From: Minisyncoccota bacterium
GTDB taxonomy: Bacteria; Patescibacteriota; Minisyncoccia; UBA6257; GWB1-50-10
Length of the DNA stretch: 50,460 bases
NCBI GenBank assembly: GCA_020059585.1
Contig: JAGVBU010000016.1
Location: forward strand, 1-50,460
Reading direction: 5' to 3'
Both the position numbers and the translations under genes were made by a program. Shown one piece after another: positions 6,811 to 15,239 of the stretch. The notes beneath the pieces were generated by a model. It saw only the letters and a list, made by a program, of their open reading frames with translations, made no database searches and was not told the DNA's origin. Numbering within the stretch: the stretch's first letter is position 1; every line of letters begins with the position of its first letter.

Positions 6811-7308
6811 ATGGAATCAAAAAAAATAGTAAAAATAATTGTAGGGATAATTGTGGTCGTTGTTCTTGTGGTCTTGTTTGCGTCCGGTGCGTTTCAGAAA
6901 AAAACTACGTCCTCGAACGGAGAAACGCCCGCGAATACGGAAGGAAATGCGTCGGGAACAGAGATATCGCTCGAACCTTCGGCGCCAGTGAAAGTGACGG
7001 GAGGTCCATTAGCATCGGTAGAATCTCCGACGCTATTTTATGAAATAAAGATTATCGGTGGCGAATTCTTTCCAAGCGAGGTGATTATCGAGGAGAAGGG
7101 GAATGTTCAAGTCGGTGTGGTCGCGACGGACGCGACATATGATGTTTCATTTCCCGCCCCAATTGAAAAATATCTTTTGATGAAAAAAGGACAGGCAGCG
7201 GTGTTTGGGTTCGATGCGGGTGCGATACAAGCAGGGACGTATCAATTTTCCTGCCGCGACAAGTGTCCTGAAGGAAAAAAGATGGAGGGAAGGCTTGTGT
7301 TCAAGTGA
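6811..7308 (+). CDS. Membrane-anchored cupredoxin-like protein, paralog 3 (ligand-divergent)
   Basis: TM helix (IIVGIIVVVVLVVLF), a linker, then FFPSEVIIEEKGNVQVGV ... GTYQFSCRDKCPEGKKMEGRLVF. The 3' end overlaps the convergent gene by 8 bp. Confidence 0.85.
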   Translation: MESKKIVKIIVGIIVVVVLVVLFASGAFQKKTTSSNGETPANTEGNASGTEISLEPSAPVKVTGGPLASVESPTLFYEIKIIGGEFFPSEVIIEEKGNVQVGVVATDATYDVSFPAPIEKYLLMKKGQAAVFGFDAGAIQAGTYQFSCRDKCPEGKKMEGRLVFK

Positions 7309-10240
7309 GTACTTTGATTTTAATATGCGCGAGGCGTTGACTTACCGCGTCCGCAACCGCGACGGGGCTTAGTTTTGCGATCATATCATTCCGCGCTCTT
7401 CCTCCTTTTCTTCCCGCAATTTCGTGGTGACTATAGATCATGCGCATCGCTTCGGCGGCTTTTTCTTCGTCAGGATTCGCCCACACGTTTCCTTTTTTGT
7501 AGGGCCCATAGTCCTTTTCGAGCGGAACAAGCGTGTAGGGAATCGGAAATCCGTTTTCTTCATTCAAAAAGTCGGTGTTTCCGGAATAATTCGTAGCAAT
7601 GACTGGTTTCCCAAGCATCATGGATTCCGCAATCGTAAGCCCGAATCCTTCGGAACGATGGAGGGACACATACGCGTCACACACGTTCATCAAACTTGAT
7701 ATTTCGTCGCGCGAGAAACAGTCATTCAAAAGGAATATGTTGTGCGCTTCGGATTCTTTTTGGAGTTTCGCGAAGTCTTCCAAGTTGATTGTGTGATTCG
7801 AAGATTTTATGACGAGCCCCACAGGTTCATCTAAACGGAACGCGTTTTTGAACGCGCGCACGATCGCAAGCGGATTTTTCCGTTCGAAGATACTGTAAAA
7901 ATCAAACGTAAAAAGAAAAAGAAACATATCATCCGGCACTCCGAATCGTTTCCTCGGATATGGGCATTTTCTCATCGTGATGGCGTGCGGAATGATGGTA
8001 ATAGGAATGTCTTTTTTCGCTTCATGGATTGCTTTCGCAGAAAAAGAACTTGGGGTCCATATCTCATCTACATTTCCAAGGAGCGCCGCCCATGAAGCGG
8101 GAAGCGAGGAAAGTTCCCACGCCCAGTAGGCAATATTGTATTTGCCCCGAAATTTCTTTTCTCCGAATGCGCGGAGCTCACTCGCGAATACATCTCCGTA
8201 GAAGACGATGATATTTACCGCATACGGATTTTTCGCGGAAAATTTCTTTGAGAATTCATTTTCTTTCCTGCGGTGCGGACAACGCGGACTGTTCAAAAGC
8301 GCGTGAGGGATACCTTTTTGCATCACTGCTCGTGTGAGAGTACGTGCGGCTTCTCCCACGCCGCTTTCGGAATCGAGAAATCCGAAAATATTCACCCCAT
8401 GAGAAATAACCAATTCCGGAGATTCTTTCAATTTATCCCCACCGCCCATATGTCGTGGTTGAACCACAACTGATCTGGTTTTTTTGTTATAGAACGAGTG
8501 CAGGCGTGTTATACAATATCGCAACAACCCATGTTCTCTATACATCCGCAGGTATAGTTTTAGGGAGAACGGGATCCTGCCCCTCTTTAATTTTTCGTAC
8601 TGGAAGCGATTGATAAGCATATTTTGCATGCGCGATCCGTCTCTTTTCAAGGTCTCGAGAGTTTTTCCGGGGACTATAGGTGTGTCTTCCGATGCATTCA
8701 CGAGACGAAGGTATCCGTACAACTGAGATGAAGCATTTATGGTTTTAGCGATCGTGGTCGATTTTTCCCAGTCGATCTTTGCGTGTTTCAGATGTTGCGC
8801 GCTCAAGCGTATCTTCCCCAGAGCCATCTCGAAATTTTTTTCATTGCGGCGGAGAGGAAGTTGAAAAAAAAATACGCAGGCATCTATGACGAGTGCCGAT
8901 TCATTTTTGAAAAAATCCTCCTTCCGCATCATAAAAAGATGAAAAGGGAGGTATGTCGATATGGTTTCAAAATATTCATGTACTGTGTTGTCATTGACGC
9001 GCAGAAAGACCTCTTCCGCCGGCGCGTCTCCAGGAAGCGTGTCGCACATAAGGCGTTCACGCAAAGCCTCTAGTTCACGGGGGATTGAAGCTATAGGTTT
9101 ATTATCCTGTTGATGTATGGGAGGTCGTGCCGTTGCTTTTTTTAACATCGGAATTTTTTCTTTCAAATGCTTCAGCCACTCTCTTACCGGAGCGAAATCT
9201 TGTTCCGCAAGGCGCATTATCGTTTCATCGGGGACGGTGCGTTCGCGCTGTATTTTTTTTCGGTTTTTGAGCGTAGCGGGAAGATTAATCACATTCCAGA
9301 AGAGTGCATAAAAAGGAATACTCACAAATCCCAATTTTTTCAGGAACGGGAGGCGGTGTTTACTCGTCTGAAAATATCCGACAATCGCGAACCAATACCC
9401 AATAAGAATATATAATATGGAGCGAAAGAGGTATTTTTTTTCGTAGTTTTTGAGCGCCGCACGGAGTGCATTTCGCTTACAATAATATAGTTTTTTATAT
9501 GGCGTTTGGTTGTAGCTCGCGCTGTGTTTGTGATACACGATTGCCTTCGGTTCGAAAAGGATCCGATACCCATAGAGATGTGCTCTCCAGCTCCAATCGA
9601 GATCTTCGAAGTATGCGCCGAATGCCCCGTCGAGAAGCCCGACGTTTCTAAACGCCGCGGATCGGATGAGTGCCGCACCAAAACACGCGCCGACCACTTC
9701 GGAGCTTTCTTTTTTTCCGCGTTCGCGGGAAATTCCGAAATTAATATCGTACCCGTCGCCGTTCCAATCGATCGTACCGCCCTGACTGTTGATAATTTCC
9801 GGATGATCTGCAAAAAACATATTCGAGGTAACCGCCGCAATGGTCGGGTCCGTTTTGGTGCGCGCCACCAACACTTCGATCCATTGTTCGCCGACCGTCG
9901 TATCGTTATTAAGAATCGCAATAAATTCGGGAGAATATTTTTTGAGCGCGTATACGATTCCGTAATTTACCGCGCGGGCAAATCCTTTGTTACGGGCGAG
10001 TGTACGTATATCAATTTCCGGAAAATTCGCGCGTAGATGTTCCACACTGTCATCGGTTGACGCATCATCAACGACAACGATTTTGAAATTTTTATACGTT
10101 TGTTTTCTTAAAGAGTTCAGACATTCATCTAAAAGGCGCGTATTATTGTGGTGAGGAATTAAAACGATAGTTTCCATATCATTAGCTATTTTTCCATTAA
10201 AGATTTTTATAATATTCCAACACTTTTTTCGTTTCATCAA
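7301..10240 (-). CDS. Bifunctional glycosyltransferase: N-terminal GT2 domain plus C-terminal GT4 (GT-B) domain. The likely true start is 10177 (METIVLIP).
   Basis: GT2 signature: VLIPHHNN...LNSLRKQTY.NFKIVVVDDASTDDS. GT4 signature: SLHRSEGFGLTIAESMMLGKPVIATNYSGNTDF. Hydrophobic helices lie mid-protein. A start at 10177 removes the overlap with the upstream ABC ATPase gene. Confidence 0.9.
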   Translation of the reverse strand: MMKRKKCWNIIKIFNGKIANDMETIVLIPHHNNTRLLDECLNSLRKQTYKNFKIVVVDDASTDDSVEHLRANFPEIDIRTLARNKGFARAVNYGIVYALKKYSPEFIAILNNDTTVGEQWIEVLVARTKTDPTIAAVTSNMFFADHPEIINSQGGTIDWNGDGYDINFGISRERGKKESSEVVGACFGAALIRSAAFRNVGLLDGAFGAYFEDLDWSWRAHLYGYRILFEPKAIVYHKHSASYNQTPYKKLYYCKRNALRAALKNYEKKYLFRSILYILIGYWFAIVGYFQTSKHRLPFLKKLGFVSIPFYALFWNVINLPATLKNRKKIQRERTVPDETIMRLAEQDFAPVREWLKHLKEKIPMLKKATARPPIHQQDNKPIASIPRELEALRERLMCDTLPGDAPAEEVFLRVNDNTVHEYFETISTYLPFHLFMMRKEDFFKNESALVIDACVFFFQLPLRRNEKNFEMALGKIRLSAQHLKHAKIDWEKSTTIAKTINASSQLYGYLRLVNASEDTPIVPGKTLETLKRDGSRMQNMLINRFQYEKLKRGRIPFSLKLYLRMYREHGLLRYCITRLHSFYNKKTRSVVVQPRHMGGGDKLKESPELVISHGVNIFGFLDSESGVGEAARTLTRAVMQKGIPHALLNSPRCPHRRKENEFSKKFSAKNPYAVNIIVFYGDVFASELRAFGEKKFRGKYNIAYWAWELSSLPASWAALLGNVDEIWTPSSFSAKAIHEAKKDIPITIIPHAITMRKCPYPRKRFGVPDDMFLFLFTFDFYSIFERKNPLAIVRAFKNAFRLDEPVGLVIKSSNHTINLEDFAKLQKESEAHNIFLLNDCFSRDEISSLMNVCDAYVSLHRSEGFGLTIAESMMLGKPVIATNYSGNTDFLNEENGFPIPYTLVPLEKDYGPYKKGNVWANPDEEKAAEAMRMIYSHHEIAGRKGGRARNDMIAKLSPVAVADAVSQRLAHIKIKVLT

Positions 10241-10916
10241 ACATTTTTAATTCTCCCTTGTCGAGCAGAATAGTTTTGTTGCAGTGTTTAGCGACCGCTG
10301 TGAGGTCGTGACTCGCGAAAATGATAGTTTTCCCGCGATGTTTGTAACTATTGAGGATGGAAACGCAGTGCGGTATGAAATCCTTGTCGCCCACCGCAAA
10401 GATTTCGTCGAGTAAGAGCACGTCCGGATCGGTTTGGACCATTGTGGCGAACGCGAGACGGGCGGTCATTCCTGAGGAAAAATGTTTGAGTTTCATATCG
10501 GCAAACCGTTCCAAACCAGCAAATTCAAAAATCGCCATGAGTCTTTCTTTTATTTCCCTGCGCGACATGCCGAGCACAGCACCGTAGAGATATAAATTCT
10601 CTTTGGCGCTTAGTTCGTTATGAAATCCAACACTGAGACTCAAAAGAGGAGCAACGGTACCCTCGATTGAAAATGAGCCGGTTGTCGGTTCTATAATACC
10701 GCCCAAAATCTTGAGAAGAGTGGTTTTGCCGCTCCCATTTTTTCCGATGAGTCCCACCATTTCACCTTTTTGTATCGAAAAACTTGCGTTTTTTATTGCA
10801 TAGAAATCTTCATACATAATCCGGTTTTTCAGGCGGCCAAGCAGTTGTTCAAAAAGCGTGCCCGTTTTTTCATGCGGTATCCTGTAGAATTTTGTTATAT
10901 TGCGCGCCTCTATCAT
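10197..10916 (-). CDS. ABC transporter ATP-binding protein, polysaccharide/teichoic-acid exporter type (Wzt/TagH-like, no C-terminal carbohydrate-binding domain)
   Basis: Walker A is GKNGSGKTTLLKIL, the ABC signature is FSSGMTARLAFA and Walker B is LLLDE. It sits directly downstream of an ABC-2 permease. Confidence 0.93.
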   Translation of the reverse strand: MIEARNITKFYRIPHEKTGTLFEQLLGRLKNRIMYEDFYAIKNASFSIQKGEMVGLIGKNGSGKTTLLKILGGIIEPTTGSFSIEGTVAPLLSLSVGFHNELSAKENLYLYGAVLGMSRREIKERLMAIFEFAGLERFADMKLKHFSSGMTARLAFATMVQTDPDVLLLDEIFAVGDKDFIPHCVSILNSYKHRGKTIIFASHDLTAVAKHCNKTILLDKGELKMFDETKKVLEYYKNL

Positions 10917-10918
10917 AG

Positions 10919-11683
10919 TTAAAGCTCTTCTGCGAACCTCTTGCCGTATTTTTTAAATATAAAAGTCCCAGCGGTGCATAGCAATGCAGTAATGATAATG
11001 GTGATGATTATCTGTTTCATTTCGGGATACACACCATCAATAATTACGCTTCGTGCGTCGATAATGAGCCGAGAAATCGGATTCAACAGATACCATTTGG
11101 ATAAGGATGGGGGGACGAGTTTATAATCGTATACAATGGGAGTGGTCCAGAAGAGCATTTGGAGGAAAATATCCCATATATGGCCGAAATCTTTAAATTT
11201 CATATATAACGGAGCGATGAAATAAGAAGCTCCCGCCGTGAGCAATACCAGGAGTGGCACTATGAGTATGAGCATGGTCACACTTGTTGCAAGATGGAGA
11301 CCGAACGCAAAAAAGAAAATAAAAAATATTCCGAGCGTTATAAGGAACGTCCAAAACGAATGGAGTACCGTACCAGCGACAACAATGAAGGGAGGCAGGT
11401 TTGTTCCTTGAAGGAGATGGGTTTTGGCGGCGATGCCAGGGGCGATGTCTTTGGTGGTATCGTTGAAGAAATTCCAAAAAATAATGCCGAGGAAAAGATA
11501 CACTTCATAGTTAGGAATATTAACCTTAAGAAAATAAAAAAATACGATATACAGTATACCGAGCATCATGAATGGTTTTAATAAACTCCAAAAAAGGCCG
11601 AGCGCAGAGCCGTAATATTTCAATTTGAAATCTAACCGGCTCAATTCGTATATAAGGTTGAGTTTGTTTTTAATATCTTTCAT
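10919..11683 (-). CDS. ABC-2 type transporter permease (Wzm/TagG-like)
   Basis: About six TM helices and the typical N-terminus (..ELSRLDFKLKYYGSALGLFWSLLKP). It is adjacent to the ATPase. Confidence 0.9.
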   Translation of the reverse strand: MKDIKNKLNLIYELSRLDFKLKYYGSALGLFWSLLKPFMMLGILYIVFFYFLKVNIPNYEVYLFLGIIFWNFFNDTTKDIAPGIAAKTHLLQGTNLPPFIVVAGTVLHSFWTFLITLGIFFIFFFAFGLHLATSVTMLILIVPLLVLLTAGASYFIAPLYMKFKDFGHIWDIFLQMLFWTTPIVYDYKLVPPSLSKWYLLNPISRLIIDARSVIIDGVYPEMKQIIITIIITALLCTAGTFIFKKYGKRFAEEL

Positions 11684-13064
11684 GAGTGCCGAGTGTATCC
11701 CTGATTTTGGACAAAAATTTATATGACAATATTCGATTGAGGGGCACAGAAATTGTTTTTGATTTTTTGTGAAGGATTATGGGTGATAACAACATCATCC
11801 CTAATTTTCTTATATCTCCGAGGCCGTCTCGACGCGTGGGGACGAATGTGGTGTTGGAGAATCTTATTTTCGTTACGTTCCCATCGATGCGCACATGGAT
11901 GGTGTCGTCTGTGGTGTGATATTCACGTTTCGTAACCATTAAAGAATTCCGGTCATACGTCTCCATGGTGAAAGTTTTTTTGTTGAACGGAGAGAACATG
12001 ACATCAAACTCCACGCCCGTTACCATATCCGTATATATGAGGATTTCCGATTGGCGGGAATTCCAGATGAAGGATTTTTTCAAAATGTCATGATATTCCA
12101 AGACATACCACCCGTGTCCCAATACGACATCTTTTTTGAAATAGCCCAACAATAATCCGACACGTTTTGTCGATTTACTCAGAAACTTATAGAGAAAATA
12201 TCTCAGTTCAATTCGATATAAATAACGAAAATAAAGAACGCTGAATATATTGAATGAGTATGGCGTGCCGTTGCGGGGACTCTTCAGATCCATCAAATCC
12301 GCCACACGGAGATTATCACTCCATTCCCGGTAACAGGGAGATTGTCGGTCCCACGGCTTGTACTTTCCCGCGAAATGCAGTACAGCGCATTTTATTTTTG
12401 ACGGGTTGTTTTGATACCTTCGCGGCAACGAGAAATAATATAAGTTGAAAAAAAATGGCATTCTGATCCATTTTTTATGAAAGAAAACATTCAATATCGC
12501 CTGATCCGGAAAATACACAGTCTTTCCTACGAATTCGTCGGCAAGGTTGCAAATATTCTGGAACGTATCTTCGGTGATGATATCGGTGGAAAAACAGAAC
12601 ATTCCACTATTGAACGCTTTTGCGTTCACCATTTTTTTATCTATGGTGGTTTGCGTATAGTCATCAATCTGATTTTCGATGAATGGGAGCATGTCGGTGA
12701 CGGCACCAAACCCTTTTATTCTGGTTAATCCGCTCATATCGGCTTTTACCATGATATCACTATCTAAAAAAACAACGTGTTTCCATTTTTTGAACTCCAA
12801 CGTGAACACGTAAAATTTAGCGAGGATGAGTGGTGAGTAATTTAAACTCCAATCATCTTCTTTCGCGTTTATGGGTGGGGCCGACACATTCTTTACGAGT
12901 ATTCCTTTTTTCCTAAACCAAACTAGTTTCGGTTCAGGAATTTGATATGCTAGAAGCATATAGTCTCCGTCCCATCCGCCCTTCCAATATGCCGAAGAAA
13001 AAAGTTGCCTTGCTTGGTCAATGAAATTTTCATCGGCGAGAGTGACGAGTAAATTTTCTTTCAT
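11670..13064 (-). CDS. Glycosyltransferase family 8-like protein with a C-terminal extension of about 190 aa of unknown function
   Basis: GT8-type motifs are VVFLDSDIMV, FNSGMFCF, DQAILN and HFAGKYKPW. The 3' end overlaps the permease start by 14 nt. Confidence 0.85.
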   Translation of the reverse strand: MKENLLVTLADENFIDQARQLFSSAYWKGGWDGDYMLLAYQIPEPKLVWFRKKGILVKNVSAPPINAKEDDWSLNYSPLILAKFYVFTLEFKKWKHVVFLDSDIMVKADMSGLTRIKGFGAVTDMLPFIENQIDDYTQTTIDKKMVNAKAFNSGMFCFSTDIITEDTFQNICNLADEFVGKTVYFPDQAILNVFFHKKWIRMPFFFNLYYFSLPRRYQNNPSKIKCAVLHFAGKYKPWDRQSPCYREWSDNLRVADLMDLKSPRNGTPYSFNIFSVLYFRYLYRIELRYFLYKFLSKSTKRVGLLLGYFKKDVVLGHGWYVLEYHDILKKSFIWNSRQSEILIYTDMVTGVEFDVMFSPFNKKTFTMETYDRNSLMVTKREYHTTDDTIHVRIDGNVTKIRFSNTTFVPTRRDGLGDIRKLGMMLLSPIILHKKSKTISVPLNRILSYKFLSKIRDTLGTHERY

Positions 13065-13073
13065 ATCCCATCT

Positions 13074-14150
13074 TTATAAACCCAACAGTAATTTTATCTC
13101 ACGAGAACTTTCCTGCCAACCGTGCCCTTTCGCCCACCGACGACAACTTTTTTCTTTTGCGTGGAGTTTTTTGAGATCAAGCCAGCGAACTATTTCTTCA
13201 GCAAAAATTTGAGGATTATAACAGTAGGTTAGAATACCGGTTTTGCCGTCAATGACCGATTCTTTGAGGCCTTCAACGGTATTTGCGATGACAAACGTGC
13301 CGGTGGCATTTGCCTCAATCACCGAGATGCCATATCCCTCAATGCGGGAGGGAGCGACATACACCCACGTCCGGCTGAATAATTTTTGTTTCTCTTCTTC
13401 AGAAACATAATCTAAAAATTTAATATCGGGATGATGTTGGTAGTGTTGGAACTCCCGACCGGCTATGACGTACTTCACCGCCGGAATTTTATTTTTGACC
13501 AGGGGATAGGTTTTTAGAAACAAATCAACGCCTTTCCGGTTTTCCAATCGACCTAGAAAAAGAACCGTCGGTTCGGGTGCGTATGCTTTTTTGACGTTAA
13601 ATAATTCCTCATCAACGCCGTTCAATACTTTATGGACTTCCTTGAATTTATGTCGTAATAATTCCTGTTTCATCCATTCACTGACCACAATCGTCTTTTC
13701 CTTGCGATAAAGGAGTAAAAACAAACTTTCGGCAAGATATCCGATTAAAGCGTAAAAGAATTTCTGGGATTTGAAAAATTGAAGGCGGTTTAAATTATGA
13801 ATTATTATTATTTTTTTCCGGCGAGGATAAAAAAGAGGGGTGAAAAATGGTAATACGCTCACATCTTCAAAAAGGATGTCTGGGGTGAAGATTTTTAAGT
13901 ATTTTTTGACTAAAAACGGCAGGAGAAGATGAATACGAATAATGTTTTCCGAATCCGGCAGACCAAAACGGTGTATATGAATATTACGGTAAAACTCTTC
14001 TTGTTTGCCGCCGGGAAACATGGCGCTTAAAAGATGGACGTCGTATTTTTCCCCGATTCGGGAAAATATTTCCAGTAGGTTTTTTTCCGCCCCTCCCGCC
14101 TTGGGATGTAGGGGACAGAATTTATTTATTATTAGTACTGTTTTCTTCAT
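13074..14150 (-). CDS. Glycosyltransferase family 4 (GT-B fold)
   Basis: PSRIEGYGISVIEANATGTFVIANTVEGLKESVIDGKTGIL is an E-x7-E-type motif. The N-terminus has GGAEK. Confidence 0.9.
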   Translation of the reverse strand: MKKTVLIINKFCPLHPKAGGAEKNLLEIFSRIGEKYDVHLLSAMFPGGKQEEFYRNIHIHRFGLPDSENIIRIHLLLPFLVKKYLKIFTPDILFEDVSVLPFFTPLFYPRRKKIIIIHNLNRLQFFKSQKFFYALIGYLAESLFLLLYRKEKTIVVSEWMKQELLRHKFKEVHKVLNGVDEELFNVKKAYAPEPTVLFLGRLENRKGVDLFLKTYPLVKNKIPAVKYVIAGREFQHYQHHPDIKFLDYVSEEEKQKLFSRTWVYVAPSRIEGYGISVIEANATGTFVIANTVEGLKESVIDGKTGILTYCYNPQIFAEEIVRWLDLKKLHAKEKSCRRWAKGHGWQESSREIKLLLGL

Positions 14151-14160
14151 GGTGTGTAGT

Positions 14161-15222
14161 TTACTTTATGGAGAGCGTCGAAAGTATTGTTGAATTAAAT
14201 ATCACCTGTAATCCTATGAGAATAGAAACGAGCGTCTTATCGAAATCAACTTCGCTCGTTCCAGTGATTTTCATGACAAGTGCGCCTCCAATAAATAGAA
14301 AACCAAGAATAAGTGCAAATGAAAATTTGAATTTTTCGTAGAAATTTTTTATAAACTCGTCAGTTTCACCAAGGCGTGTAGTAAGGTATGTTTTTGCAAA
14401 GAGTCCAAGAAATAAAATCTGAATGCCGAGTATCGGGAAGAAAATTTTTACCGTTGCGGAGGCAAGAAATGGGGTGATGTGGTTTCCCCATAGAAGACCA
14501 ATCATCCCAGTAATGAAGAGCATGCTCCCCGTTACAAGGTAAAAGACAATGGGTGTTTGTATAAGAATATATTTTAAGTGCGCAAAACCATCACGATAGC
14601 GTCGAAGTTTTGATGTGCCACCTCGTCGGGAATAATCAGTTGCAATCTCTTTTATAACAAGATTTTTTCTTTTTGCTTTTATCATCATTTCCGTTGCAAA
14701 CTCCATGCCGTTCGTTTTTTGGTCCAGTTCAAGAAATGTTTTTTTTCTTAACGCCCTGTATCCCGATTGGCTATCTGATGTTTTTATTCCCAAAAGGACA
14801 AAAAGAAGCAGATTAAAAAGTGGTGTTCCCAAGAAACGATGGAGTAGTGGCATAGCTCCTGTCTCTATGGTTCCCCTGAAGCGACTTCCGAGTACTATGT
14901 CGCTTTTTTCCAATTCCTTTAAAAATTTTGGTATATCAGTAAACTGGTACGTGTTGTCGGCGTCTGCGTAGATGATAATTTCTCCACTCGCGTTCTTTAT
15001 TCCTTCCTTTACCGCAAATCCATATCCTTCCGTGTCGTGTTTTATCACTCGCACCCCTTCCGTTTCAGCAATTTTTTCTGTTCCATCATTTGATGAATCA
15101 GAAACGATAATTTCTATTGAAAGACTATTTTCACCAGCAACCTTCTTTATTTCTCGAATACACCGGCCCACAGTTTCCTTTTCGTTCCGGCATGGGAGGA
15201 CTACTGATATAATAGAGTTCAT
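14161..15222 (-). CDS. GT2 polyprenyl-phosphate sugar synthase-like glycosyltransferase with C-terminal TM helices (DPM1/GtrB/ArnC-like)
   Basis: ISVVLPCRNE..., IIVSDSSNDGT and YADADNTY (a DxD motif). About four C-terminal TM helices follow. Confidence 0.88.
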   Translation of the reverse strand: MNSIISVVLPCRNEKETVGRCIREIKKVAGENSLSIEIIVSDSSNDGTEKIAETEGVRVIKHDTEGYGFAVKEGIKNASGEIIIYADADNTYQFTDIPKFLKELEKSDIVLGSRFRGTIETGAMPLLHRFLGTPLFNLLLFVLLGIKTSDSQSGYRALRKKTFLELDQKTNGMEFATEMMIKAKRKNLVIKEIATDYSRRGGTSKLRRYRDGFAHLKYILIQTPIVFYLVTGSMLFITGMIGLLWGNHITPFLASATVKIFFPILGIQILFLGLFAKTYLTTRLGETDEFIKNFYEKFKFSFALILGFLFIGGALVMKITGTSEVDFDKTLVSILIGLQVIFNSTILSTLSIK

Positions 15223-15239
15223 GCGTATATAATTATATC
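15223..15239. promoter_or_regulatory. 17-bp divergent intergenic region with overlapping, oppositely oriented TATAAT boxes
   Basis: The sequence is gcgTATATAATTATATc. The plus-strand TATAAT (15228-15233) lies 6 nt before ATG 15240. The minus-strand TATAAT (15237-15232) lies 9 nt before the ATG at 15222. Confidence 0.45.

Noticed and set aside
7301-7308. An alternative genetic code with UGA recoding, as in some CPR lineages.
   Set aside because: TGA terminates conserved genes at their expected lengths (rpiB at 33853-33855, ftsL at 47366-47368, paralog 3 at 7306-7308). All conserved genes are intact ORFs under the standard code.
9340-10036. ORFs 9340..9921 (minus, alternate frame) and 9506..10036 (plus) inside the 979-aa glycosyltransferase gene.
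   Set aside because: The GT2 motifs read cleanly in the 7301..10240 frame. The alternatives are Arg-rich shadow ORFs.
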